The notes beneath the pieces were generated by a model, which was given only the letters and a program-made list of their open reading frames with translations, was not told the DNA's origin and ran no database searches. The translations under genes and the position numbers were made by a program. A stretch of DNA of 64,000 nucleotides, from IMG/VR virus record IMGVR_UViG_3300017779_000001; one strand, written 5' to 3'. This stretch comes from a virus. Shown piece after piece: positions 46,640 through 56,073 of this stretch. How positions within the stretch are numbered: the first letter of the stretch is position 1; each line of letters begins with the position of its first letter.

Positions 46640-48880
46640 ATGTCAAATGAAACATATATTAATACAGGGACTAGTTTTCAACAACCCTTCAATGATAGAA
46701 GACCTGTACAACAAAGTTACCAATATAACAATCAAGAAAATAGACAGAGACCTGTACAACAAAATTATCAGTACAACAACGTAGAGAATAGACAGAGACC
46801 TGCTAGACAATCGTATCAATACAATAACGTAGAGAACAGACAAAGACCAGCTAGACAGTCATATCAATACAATAACGTAGAGAGCAGACAGAGACCAACA
46901 AGACAGTCTTATCAGTACCATAATAGAGTACAACAAAATACTCAACAAGATTACACTTATCATAATAGGACACAACAACCTAATCAGCAGAACTATACCT
47001 ATCATAATAGAGTAGATAGACAACGTCCTGTACAACAAAATTATCAGTATCATAATAGAGTAAATAGACAAAGACCTGCTCGACAACCTTACACTTATCA
47101 CAACCGTGTTCAACAAGATACTCAGCAAACTTATCAGTATCATAATAGGATTCCAACCACTACTCAACAAGAATACACTTATCACAATCGTGTTCAACAA
47201 AATACTCAACAAACGTATGTGTACCATAATAGAATACAAGAAAGCACTCAGCAAAATTATCAGTACAACAACGTAGAGTCAAAACAAAGACCTGTTAGGA
47301 ATCAAGCACACCAAAATTACATTCATTACATGCAAGTTTATGGGGGTTCAGGAGATACAGCTGCTATTAAGATGGAAACACCATATGGTCAGGTAACTAA
47401 TACGATACCATCTTTTGAGTTCATGGGGTTTCCAATGCAAGAACAACGTACCGTAAGTGGAAGTCAATATACGTTCCAAGCAAGACAAGCATCGGGTAAT
47501 GCACATGAAGGAGACTCATTTAGGGGTGCAATGTTCTTCAGAGGGCCACAGTATAGCTTACAAGGAACTCAGTCACCATACTATGAAGGTGCGGGGCCAC
47601 AGGGAAATCATACAAATTATACACAGTGGGAGATGCAAGGATTTTCTTTTGAGGGACAGTTCCAAAGACAATGGACAGGACGTTTAAGATACACAGGAAA
47701 GAATACTAAGTTTGCAGCTCACATGGAAGCTACTGATACTGTGCAAAACCAAACCGTCCCCAATCCTCAAAGACAAGGACATCCTCAGGGACAGGGGAAT
47801 CAAGGACTTGAATTTCTTTCTCAACATCCAAATAATTCTCAATATGGAATTACAATTACCAGTGGTCAGTATACAAGATTGGGGTGGGAACATGAGGGGT
47901 CATTTAATTCTCAGGTTCAATCACCAGTTAACCCCCGAAATATTCCTCAAACAGCGTTGAGAAATAAAGGAACCTTTGTAAGAGTGAGACCCCGTGGTTA
48001 TGCAAGACAAGAACAATTTACTACAGGTGTTGCTTTAGATTTTGCATCAGTAGCTGCACAAGGTCTTGATTATCAGGTACCTACTGCAAATCTTAATGAT
48101 AAACAACAACCTGCTCAACAAACTTATTCATACCATAATCAATTACCTAGAAGAAGACCCGTTAGAACTCAACGAAACGAAGATTCAGATAGACAAAGAC
48201 CAGTAAGAGTACAAACACTTTCATCTGAAACAAAACGTAGACCAACTACAGTACAACAATTACAACGTGTATCTAGACGAAGACCAGTTAGAAATCAAGT
48301 CAATCAGGCTAATGAACAACAAAGAAATATACAACAAACATATCAGTATAATAATATTGTAACTAAACAACGTCCTGTACAACAAACTTATCCATATAAT
48401 AATGTTGAGACTAGACAAAGACCTGTTAGAAATCAAGTTAATGAAGATGTGACTAGACAAAGACCTGCTAGGGTTGCAGTATTACAAAGAGTTTCTAGAC
48501 AAAAGAATTTGCAACAAACATATTCTTATCACAATCAGGTTCCTAGAAGAAAATCTGTACAACAGACTTATAGTTATCATAACAGAGTAACAAGACAAAA
48601 GAATTTACAACAGACTTATAGTTATCATAATCAGGTTCCAAGACGTAGACCAGTACAACAGACTTATAATTATCATAATCAGGTTCCAAGACGTAGACCA
48701 GTGAGACAACCATTCCCTTCAACAAGACCTATAGGGCCTCTTGCAAAGGTTAAACAAATTTGGATTAATGAAGGTGGAGTGTTAAGAAAAATGGATGAAG
48801 TGTACTTAAATGATAGTGGAACATTGAAAAAGACTCATCAAAGTGTACCAACTTCTCAATTAACAGACCCGAACACTTAA
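46640..48880 (+). CDS. Mirror-repeat (hairpin) fibre-tip protein, short paralogue
   Basis: 13 N-arm and 13 C-arm Q/R/Y-rich 14/16-aa units flank a ~273-aa domain homologous to that in 56074-60222; GAGGT SD. Confidence 0.8.
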   Translation: MSNETYINTGTSFQQPFNDRRPVQQSYQYNNQENRQRPVQQNYQYNNVENRQRPARQSYQYNNVENRQRPARQSYQYNNVESRQRPTRQSYQYHNRVQQNTQQDYTYHNRTQQPNQQNYTYHNRVDRQRPVQQNYQYHNRVNRQRPARQPYTYHNRVQQDTQQTYQYHNRIPTTTQQEYTYHNRVQQNTQQTYVYHNRIQESTQQNYQYNNVESKQRPVRNQAHQNYIHYMQVYGGSGDTAAIKMETPYGQVTNTIPSFEFMGFPMQEQRTVSGSQYTFQARQASGNAHEGDSFRGAMFFRGPQYSLQGTQSPYYEGAGPQGNHTNYTQWEMQGFSFEGQFQRQWTGRLRYTGKNTKFAAHMEATDTVQNQTVPNPQRQGHPQGQGNQGLEFLSQHPNNSQYGITITSGQYTRLGWEHEGSFNSQVQSPVNPRNIPQTALRNKGTFVRVRPRGYARQEQFTTGVALDFASVAAQGLDYQVPTANLNDKQQPAQQTYSYHNQLPRRRPVRTQRNEDSDRQRPVRVQTLSSETKRRPTTVQQLQRVSRRRPVRNQVNQANEQQRNIQQTYQYNNIVTKQRPVQQTYPYNNVETRQRPVRNQVNEDVTRQRPARVAVLQRVSRQKNLQQTYSYHNQVPRRKSVQQTYSYHNRVTRQKNLQQTYSYHNQVPRRRPVQQTYNYHNQVPRRRPVRQPFPSTRPIGPLAKVKQIWINEGGVLRKMDEVYLNDSGTLKKTHQSVPTSQLTDPNT
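46709..47296 (+). repeat. N-arm: 13 degenerate 42/48-nt units (196 aa)
   Basis: QQxYxY(H/N)N... units counted in the translation. Confidence 0.9.
48116..48703 (+). repeat. C-arm: 13 degenerate 42/48-nt units (196 aa)
   Basis: Same total length as the N-arm; unit types complementary in reverse order. Confidence 0.9.
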
Positions 48881-48885
48881 AGTTG

Positions 48886-48893
48886 TATAAATA
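48886..48893 (+). promoter_or_regulatory. Late promoter TATAAATA (leaderless spacing)
   Basis: TATAAATA-GTTAT-ATG(48899). Confidence 0.8.
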
Positions 48894-48898
48894 GTTAT

Positions 48899-49231
48899 AT
48901 GGCAATCATAGCAAACATATTTATAGACCAAGGTACCGATTTCGAAGTTACTATCGATGTCTCTGATACCAGTGACAATATCATAGACTTATCAGGGTAC
49001 ACTGCCTCTGCACAAATAAGAAAAACATATGGTTCTGAAACCATTGCAGAAACTTTTGGTACATCCATAACTGCATCAACTGGTAAGGTAACACTTACTC
49101 TTACGGATACTCAAACCACTGGTTTGAAAAGTGGTAGATATGTTTATGATTTAGTAATAACAGATGCCTCAGGAACAAAGACTAGAGTCATTGAGGGACA
49201 AGCAATAATAACACCCGGCGTAACAAGGTAG
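48899..49231 (+). CDS. Virion structural adaptor (BppU-N-like Ig fold)
   Basis: IDQGTDF...DL.GYT..AQIRK.Y...G.V.L.LT..QT..L..GRYVYD...RVIEG...TPGVT. Confidence 0.75.
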   Translation: MAIIANIFIDQGTDFEVTIDVSDTSDNIIDLSGYTASAQIRKTYGSETIAETFGTSITASTGKVTLTLTDTQTTGLKSGRYVYDLVITDASGTKTRVIEGQAIITPGVTR

Positions 49232-49241
49232 GGTTTATAAA

Positions 49242-49493
49242 ATGGCTATAAAAGCAAAGATATCAGGGAACGCAAGTAACGTGACATTAAAATCAAGACT
49301 ATTACAATCAACAGGCATTAAAGCAAAGCAAGTTGCAATCGGAGACTCTTCTACTGGAGGAGGTAGTAGTGTAAATTCGATAAGTGATATCGCAGACGTG
49401 AATGCAACAGAAACCGATAAAGGTTTACTAAACTATAATGCTGAAACAGATAGATGGGAAACCACTACAGTTATTGATGGTGGAACATTCTAG
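49242..49493 (+). CDS. Small fibre adaptor ending in IDGGTF
   Basis: I.D..DV...G.L.YN....W fibre motif; C-terminal DGGTF. Confidence 0.7.
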   Translation: MAIKAKISGNASNVTLKSRLLQSTGIKAKQVAIGDSSTGGGSSVNSISDIADVNATETDKGLLNYNAETDRWETTTVIDGGTF

Positions 49494-49496
49494 TAT

Positions 49497-49504
49497 TATA
49501 AATA
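49497..49504 (+). promoter_or_regulatory. Late promoter TATAAATA followed by a structured ~130-nt leader
   Basis: Exact consensus; hairpins GTGTC/GACAC, CCAC/GTGG, AATTCTA/TAGAATT downstream. Confidence 0.75.
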
Positions 49505-49642
49505 CTTACACAAATCAAGGTGTCAGACAGTGAGACACGACCCACATTGTGAGTGGACTGCAATATAATGATAATCTAATTCTATACAAATAGAATTTAC
49601 GTAAATTTTAAAACAATATATTAATTTTTTCAGGAGAAAAAA

Positions 49643-51244
49643 ATGGCAACAGTAATTCAAATTAAAAGGTCTACTGGTAGTGCTAATCCCGCAATTTCTG
49701 ATTTAGCAGAAAGTGAATTAGCCTACGTTCAGGATAGGTCAGGAACTGGTGCGAACGCAACTCTCTTCATAGAATCACATGACGGTACAAGTGCAGTTAT
49801 TCACGAAATCGGTGGTAAGTACTATACAGACATGTTGGCTGGTTCAACACCAACACCTTCAGACTTCATAGTAGGTAACGGTGCAACAGCTGGTGCATCT
49901 ATTAAGTTGAGAGAAGATTCAGACAACGGAACAAATTTCGTTGCTCTAAAATCACCCGACACATTGGGTTCAAACCTCACATTAACATTACCATCTTCAG
50001 ATGGTTCAAACGGACAAGTACTTGGAACCGATGGTTCAGGAGCATTGTCTTTCGTATCAACAACTTCATCAATCGCAGGTGCATCTGATACAGATATTTC
50101 AGCACCAGCATCAGGACACATTCTTGTCCATGACGGTTCAGACTCATTTGATAACGTAGCAGTTTCAGGTGACGTAACACTTGCATCTAATGGTGCAATG
50201 ACAATCGGTTCAGGTGTAGTTGAAAATGGCATGATAGCTGCAGACGCAGTAACAGGTGCTAAAATCGCAGACGACGCTATTGATTCAGAACATCTTGCAG
50301 ATGGTTCAATCGATACAGCTCACATTGCAAATGGACAAGTAACATTTGGTAAACTTGCAGCTGCAGCGGTTGTAATCGAATCAGAAGGTATCGGTTCAAA
50401 CGATAACGACACAACAATTCCTACTTCAGCGGCAGTAAAAAACTATGTTGATACTAACGTAACAGCACAAGATGTAGACTTTGCTGGTGATTCAGGAACA
50501 GGTGCAGTCGATTTAGATTCACAATCACTTACAATTCAAGGTACAAATAACGAAATTGAAACAAGTGCAAGTGGACAAACTTTAACAGTTGGTCTACCTA
50601 ACGATGTAACTATTTCAAATAACTTAACAGTTTCAGGAAACTTAATATCAGACGATATTACAACTGCAACATTAACAACTTCAGGTAACCTTACAGTAAC
50701 AGGTAACTTAAGTGTTAACGGTACAACAACAACTGTTAATTCAACAACAGTATCAATTGCAGACCCAATTTTTGAAATTGGTGATGATAGTTCAGATGAT
50801 AATCTAGACAGAGGTATCAAATTTAAGTACAACTCAGGTGGTACTAAACTTGGGTTCTTTGGTATGGACGATACAGATGCTAAATTTAAGTTTATTGCAG
50901 ATGCAACAGACACAAGTTCAGTATTCTCAGGTTCACTAGGTAACGTTGCATTCGGTAATGCCGAAGTAGCAGCTTTATCATTAAGTGGTTCTATCTCATC
51001 ATACGCAGGGTCAGCTCCAACAGACGGTCAAATCTTAATTGGTGACACTTCAGGTGGAGTATTCGATGCAGCTACATTGACAGCTGGTGAAGCAATAACT
51101 ATTACTAATGGTGCTGGTGCAATTACACTAGCTGCTGAAGACGCAACTACATCTAATAAAGGTGTTGCATCTTTCTCAAGTAATAACTTCACTGTTTCAA
51201 GTGGTGCTGTAACCGTTACTGCAATTGACGGTGGTACATTTTAA
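49643..51244 (+). CDS. Tail fibre segment protein
   Basis: MATVIQIKRS...P...L...ELA N-terminus; LP..DG..GQVL.TDG.G.L; VT..KIA repeats; G.L.V.GTTTTVNST; ends IDGGTF. Confidence 0.8.
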   Translation: MATVIQIKRSTGSANPAISDLAESELAYVQDRSGTGANATLFIESHDGTSAVIHEIGGKYYTDMLAGSTPTPSDFIVGNGATAGASIKLREDSDNGTNFVALKSPDTLGSNLTLTLPSSDGSNGQVLGTDGSGALSFVSTTSSIAGASDTDISAPASGHILVHDGSDSFDNVAVSGDVTLASNGAMTIGSGVVENGMIAADAVTGAKIADDAIDSEHLADGSIDTAHIANGQVTFGKLAAAAVVIESEGIGSNDNDTTIPTSAAVKNYVDTNVTAQDVDFAGDSGTGAVDLDSQSLTIQGTNNEIETSASGQTLTVGLPNDVTISNNLTVSGNLISDDITTATLTTSGNLTVTGNLSVNGTTTTVNSTTVSIADPIFEIGDDSSDDNLDRGIKFKYNSGGTKLGFFGMDDTDAKFKFIADATDTSSVFSGSLGNVAFGNAEVAALSLSGSISSYAGSAPTDGQILIGDTSGGVFDAATLTAGEAITITNGAGAITLAAEDATTSNKGVASFSSNNFTVSSGAVTVTAIDGGTF

Positions 51245-51269
51245 TTAGTAGTTATAACTTGGAGGAAGC

Positions 51270-52094
51270 ATGGCAACAGTAATTCAGTTTAAACGTTCAG
51301 CTACTCAGAACGCTGTTCCTAATACTGGTGATTTATCACTAGGGGAATTAGCTGTAAACACTTATCACGGTAGGTTTTACACTGAGAAGAATGACGGTTC
51401 TGCATCTGTAGTCGAATTAGGTTCAAACCCAACGAGTTTGACACTCAATGATGCTTACTCTTTTCCAACCAGTGATGGTTCGGCAAACCAAGTACTTAAA
51501 ACCGATGGAAGTGGTACATTAACATTTGCTAACGCAGGTAATGTGTATTCCACGTTCACATATAGTGTAACAGGAAACCAAACAGTATTTACTGGAAATG
51601 ATGACAATGGTAATTCATTATCATATACATCAGGTGGTGAAAACGTATACTTAAACGGTGTTAAGTTGATTGGGGGTGGTACAGATTATACAACTACTAA
51701 CTCAACCACTATCACTTTAACAGAAAACGCAGTAAGTGGAGATACATTAGTAATTAATAATATCTCTAACACTAGTGATTTAGTTGAAGGTAACCATACA
51801 GAATCATCGTTCACTGCAACGACAGCTGACCAACTTTTACAGTCAGTTTCAACATCAATTAAGAGTATAAGATTTTTTGTGACAGCAACACACGCTTCAG
51901 CAGGAACTCACTCTTGTGATGTTATCATTGCAAATGATGGTACTAATGCATATTATTCACAGTTTGGTGATGTCCATACTGGTAACTCTTTGTTTACATT
52001 GAGTGTAGATGTTAATTCAGGAAATATGAGATTACTCGTAACTCCTGCTAACACTAATACCACAATAGACACGTTCCAAATTAGACATTCATAA
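51270..52094 (+). CDS. Tail fibre connector protein
   Basis: MATVIQFKRS...GELAVN N-terminus; QT.F.G.D.N domain; C-terminal domain shared with 52108 and 52619. Confidence 0.75.
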   Translation: MATVIQFKRSATQNAVPNTGDLSLGELAVNTYHGRFYTEKNDGSASVVELGSNPTSLTLNDAYSFPTSDGSANQVLKTDGSGTLTFANAGNVYSTFTYSVTGNQTVFTGNDDNGNSLSYTSGGENVYLNGVKLIGGGTDYTTTNSTTITLTENAVSGDTLVINNISNTSDLVEGNHTESSFTATTADQLLQSVSTSIKSIRFFVTATHASAGTHSCDVIIANDGTNAYYSQFGDVHTGNSLFTLSVDVNSGNMRLLVTPANTNTTIDTFQIRHS

Positions 52095-52107
52095 GGAGGA
52101 TTAGAAC

Positions 52108-52518
52108 ATGGCAAAATCAAATGCATTTAAATTAGCTGAACTAATCCGTGGGATTCAATTCGATGTTGACAATGATAAAATTGTTACAGCGAAAAAAGTT
52201 GAAACCAAAAATACTAAGAGAGAGTCATCTACGACAACATCGACAGATGCATTCTCATTAGATACCTTTGCAAAAGCAACCTACAGGGCTGCAAGATATA
52301 TTGTAGTAATGTCTAAAGGTACGGATTACCATTCTACAGAAGTTATGTTAGTACATGATGGTACTACAGTTACTTTAACTCAGTACGGTACATTGAAGTC
52401 AACACCGTTAGCTACATTTGACGCAGATATTTCGGGAGATGACGTAAGATTACGTGTGACCCCAGCATCAAATGCTAGTACAACGTTCAAATTTGACAGA
52501 ACAGTAGTAGACGCGTAA
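52108..52518 (+). CDS. Virion structural protein (shared beta-sandwich domain)
   Basis: DTF....YRAARY.V...YH.TE..VHDG...TQYG...F.AD...VRLRVTP. Confidence 0.75.
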   Translation: MAKSNAFKLAELIRGIQFDVDNDKIVTAKKVETKNTKRESSTTTSTDAFSLDTFAKATYRAARYIVVMSKGTDYHSTEVMLVHDGTTVTLTQYGTLKSTPLATFDADISGDDVRLRVTPASNASTTFKFDRTVVDA

Positions 52519-52536
52519 CAGTTCAGAGAACTAATT

Positions 52537-52565
52537 AAGGGGGAACTTAGGTTCCCCTTTTTTTT
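52537..52565 (+). terminator. Rho-independent terminator
   Basis: GGGGAAC-TTAG-GTTCCCC followed by T8. Confidence 0.9.
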
Positions 52566-52579
52566 GCCCTTACAAAATG

Positions 52580-52587
52580 CATAAATA
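52580..52587 (+). promoter_or_regulatory. Late promoter (CATAAATA) restarting transcription after the terminator
   Basis: One mismatch to TATAAATA, directly after the terminator. Confidence 0.65.
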
Positions 52588-52618
52588 GTATTAGATTCAA
52601 CATTATGGATTATATTAA

Positions 52619-53365
52619 ATGGGAATAAAGAAGAAATTTTTAGCAGACTACGGTGAAGAAATACATGGTGACTTAGATGTTACTGGAGATGTTTCTGTGT
52701 CAGGTGGTTTGACAATATTAGGAACAACGACTACTATAGATTCGGTTACCAAATCGGTTGATACATCTATGTTTGAACTTGCTAATGCAAATACATCCCA
52801 AGACTTGATTGACTTTGGTATATACGGTAACTATAATGACGGTCTATCAGATGGAGGTGCAAGTGAGTTTTCAGGTTTGTTTAGAGATGCAACTGATTCC
52901 ACATGGAAATTATTTGATGGACTAGAAATAGAACCGACAACAACAGTAGACACTGAAGGAACTGGATGGTCTTTTGCAGACCTAAAGGTAGGTGATTTAG
53001 AATCGACAGGAACATTAACTGCAGTAGGGCCACTCAACTTACAGAATTTAAGAATGGATGCAAACAATACATTGACTACTACTGCAACAGATGAGGTAGA
53101 ACTAGATAGTTTTCCATTGTTATCATATAGAAGTGGAAAATATCATGTACAAGCTTCACAAGGAACAAATTTTCATGCATGTGAAATTATGGTAATACAT
53201 GATTCATCAAGTGCATCACACCAAGTGTATGGAAGTGTAACCACAAATGGAGAGTTGTTTACAACATCAGTAGATACAAATTCAGGAGATGTCAGAGTCA
53301 AAGTTACACCATCATCATCGAGTTCAACAGTATTCAAAATAAGTAGAAATTTATTAACAGTATGA
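52619..53365 (+). CDS. Tail fibre connector protein
   Basis: F.ADYG N-terminus; G.L.V.G.TTT.DS; GLFRDA.D..WKLF; C-terminal YRSGKY...HD...VYG...VRVKVTP domain. Confidence 0.75.
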   Translation: MGIKKKFLADYGEEIHGDLDVTGDVSVSGGLTILGTTTTIDSVTKSVDTSMFELANANTSQDLIDFGIYGNYNDGLSDGGASEFSGLFRDATDSTWKLFDGLEIEPTTTVDTEGTGWSFADLKVGDLESTGTLTAVGPLNLQNLRMDANNTLTTTATDEVELDSFPLLSYRSGKYHVQASQGTNFHACEIMVIHDSSSASHQVYGSVTTNGELFTTSVDTNSGDVRVKVTPSSSSSTVFKISRNLLTV

Positions 53366-53420
53366 TAACCTTTAGGGGATTGGTTCTCCTAAATACATTC
53401 ATACAAACAGGGGATTTTTA

Positions 53421-53756
53421 ATGGCAACAGCAAACTTTACAATCGATTATGGTTTGACAGTTGGTTCATCTGAAGTAATCACATCTAGTGGTAAAGTAGT
53501 GGCAGCTGCAGTATCAACTTTGACAACTGATAATTTAACACAGGGGTCGACAAATCTGTATTTTACAGGTTCACAGTTTAATACATCTTTTGCTTCTAAA
53601 GACACAGACGATTTATCAGAAGGGTCATCAAACCTTTACTTCACAGATACTAGAGCGAGAGGTTCTATATCTTTAGCATCAGGTGAAACCAATTTATCTT
53701 ATAACAGCACAAGTGGTGAACTATCATTACCAACAGTTGATGGAGGTACATTCTAA
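53421..53756 (+). CDS. Small fibre adaptor (FTIDYGL...DGGTF)
   Basis: Two TD.L..GS.NLYFT repeats; C-terminal VDGGTF. Confidence 0.72.
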   Translation: MATANFTIDYGLTVGSSEVITSSGKVVAAAVSTLTTDNLTQGSTNLYFTGSQFNTSFASKDTDDLSEGSSNLYFTDTRARGSISLASGETNLSYNSTSGELSLPTVDGGTF

Positions 53757-56059
53757 TGGCAGGTGAAAAGAATTTTAACGTCAAGAATGGTCTATCGGTT
53801 GCTGGAACAGAAGTCATTCAAACAGATGGAACTTATGTAGGTTCCATTTCTGCAACTGCACTTAACGAAAGTGTAGACGATAGAGTTGCAAACCTCTTAC
53901 AAGCAGGAGCTGGTATTGGATTATCATACGATGATGCAAATAACCAATTAACAATCACAGGTAATGTTGGTGATATCACTGGTGTTAACGCAGGTGCTGG
54001 TTTAACAGGTACTGCAACTTCAGGTGATGCAACATTAAACATTGGTGCTGGTACAGGTATTACTGTAAATGCAGATGACATTGCAATCAACTTTAAAGAC
54101 GAAGACAACATGTCTTCAAACAGTGCAATACACGCTGCAACACAACAATCAATTAAAGCATATGTAGATTCCCAAGTATCAAGTAAAGACAACACAGACG
54201 AAATTACAGAAGGAAGTTCAAACCTCTACTATACAAATGAAAGAGTAGATGACAGAGTAAGTTCATTACTTACCGAAGGAAGTGGTATATCATTAACATA
54301 TGATGATACAGCTAACACACTTACAGTTGCAAATACAAACTCTGCAGATATTACAGCAGTAACAGCAGGAAATGGTTTGACTGGTGGTGGAACTTCAGGT
54401 GCAGTGTCACTTGCAGTTCAAGTTGATGACAGTTCATTAGAACTTGCATCAGATACAGTTCAAGTAAAAGCAGGTGGTATCACTAATGATATGTTAGCAG
54501 GTTCTATTGTAAATGGAAAACTTGCAAACAATTCAATATCAGTTAACTCAACTTCCGTATCCCTTGGTGGTTCTGTTACTTTAGACACTGGTGATATTTC
54601 AGAAAATGGAAATCTATACCATACATCAGAAAGAGTTGACGATAGAGTCAATGCATTAATTACTGCTGGTACCAATATAACAACATCATATGATGATGCA
54701 GCTGGTACACTTACAATTAACTCTTCAGGTAAAACACAAGAACAAATAGAAGACATCGTAAATGGTTTAGTAGTTGGTGGAACAAACATCACTTCTACAT
54801 ACGATGATACAAATGGTACACTTACACTTGCTGGTTTATCAAATGGAGATATCAGAGGTTTATTATCTGCAACTGGAGATTTATCATACAACAGTACTAC
54901 AGGTGCATTCTCATTCACAGAAAGAACAAATGCAGAAGTAAGAGGTTTATTCTCAGCAGGTGGTGACTTAGCATACAACAGCACAACAGGTGCATTTAGT
55001 GTAACAAAATTCACAACTGCAAATGCAAGAAGTTCAATTTCAGCAGGTGGTGATTTAGCATACAATTCAAGTACTGGTGTTATCTCATACAGTGAACCTA
55101 CAATGTATGCAGACTCAGATGCAAGAGGAGCTATATCAGTAACAGACTCAGGTGGAGACGGTTCACTTGCATATAATTCTTCTACTGGTGTTATCACATA
55201 CACAGGCCCAAGTGCATCAGAAGTTCGAGCTCATCTAAGTGCTGGAACTGGTGTTGGATTCTCAGGTGGTGCATTTAGTATCGGTCAGGCAGTCGCAACA
55301 AACAGTAATGTAACATTTGCAGATGTAAATGCAAGTGGTGATTTAGTAGTCACAGGTGACTTAACAGTTAATGGGTCAACAGTTACCAACAGTGCATCAA
55401 ATACAACAATCGAAGATGCATTGATTGAACTTGGTTCAGGTAACACAGGTTCAAACTCTAATGACTTAGGTCTTATCCTCGAAAGAGGTTCAACTGGTGA
55501 TAATGTATTCATGGGTTGGGACGAAAGTTCAGATAGAGTTAGATTTGCAACTACAACAGCAACAGGTTCATCCAGTGGTGCATTAACACTTACTAATGCA
55601 AACATACAAGCAGGAAGACTTTACGGTGCTGTTACAGGTAACGTAACTGGTAATGCAGACACAGCTTCTGCATGGGCAGATGCAAGAACTATCTCTTTAG
55701 GTGGTGACCTTACAGGTTCCGTATCTATAGATGGTAGTGCAAACGCAACACTTAATGCAACAGTTGGTTCAAATGCAGTTGCATTAGGTTCAAACACAAC
55801 AGGAAATTACGTATCAGGAATATCAGGAACCTCAAATGAGATTACAATCTCAGGTTCAGGTAGTGAAAATGCAACAGTAACAATAGGTCTACCCGATGAT
55901 GTAACTATCGGTGATGCATTATCAGTTACTGGTAAAGGTACTACAGATTTTACAACAATCGGTAGTTCAGACGGAGCATTTAGAAATACTTTCATACATT
56001 CAGCAGGCCCATCAGGAAGTGATGGACAAGTCGGTGATGTATGGATAACTTACTCATAA
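53756..56059 (+). CDS. Fibre protein 2
   Basis: KNFNVKNGLSV N-terminus; ERVDDRV..L..G..I...YDD and GDL.YNS.TG repeats; ends GPSGSDGQVGDVWITYS. Confidence 0.8.
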   Translation: MAGEKNFNVKNGLSVAGTEVIQTDGTYVGSISATALNESVDDRVANLLQAGAGIGLSYDDANNQLTITGNVGDITGVNAGAGLTGTATSGDATLNIGAGTGITVNADDIAINFKDEDNMSSNSAIHAATQQSIKAYVDSQVSSKDNTDEITEGSSNLYYTNERVDDRVSSLLTEGSGISLTYDDTANTLTVANTNSADITAVTAGNGLTGGGTSGAVSLAVQVDDSSLELASDTVQVKAGGITNDMLAGSIVNGKLANNSISVNSTSVSLGGSVTLDTGDISENGNLYHTSERVDDRVNALITAGTNITTSYDDAAGTLTINSSGKTQEQIEDIVNGLVVGGTNITSTYDDTNGTLTLAGLSNGDIRGLLSATGDLSYNSTTGAFSFTERTNAEVRGLFSAGGDLAYNSTTGAFSVTKFTTANARSSISAGGDLAYNSSTGVISYSEPTMYADSDARGAISVTDSGGDGSLAYNSSTGVITYTGPSASEVRAHLSAGTGVGFSGGAFSIGQAVATNSNVTFADVNASGDLVVTGDLTVNGSTVTNSASNTTIEDALIELGSGNTGSNSNDLGLILERGSTGDNVFMGWDESSDRVRFATTTATGSSSGALTLTNANIQAGRLYGAVTGNVTGNADTASAWADARTISLGGDLTGSVSIDGSANATLNATVGSNAVALGSNTTGNYVSGISGTSNEITISGSGSENATVTIGLPDDVTIGDALSVTGKGTTDFTTIGSSDGAFRNTFIHSAGPSGSDGQVGDVWITYS

Positions 56060-56073
56060 GAGTTTAATATAAT

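Noticed and set aside
46640-48880. Q/N/Y-rich arms as prion-like disordered low-complexity sequence
   Set aside because: Exact unit-by-unit complementarity and co-variation imply an ordered register, and the high Arg/Pro content is unlike amyloid cores.
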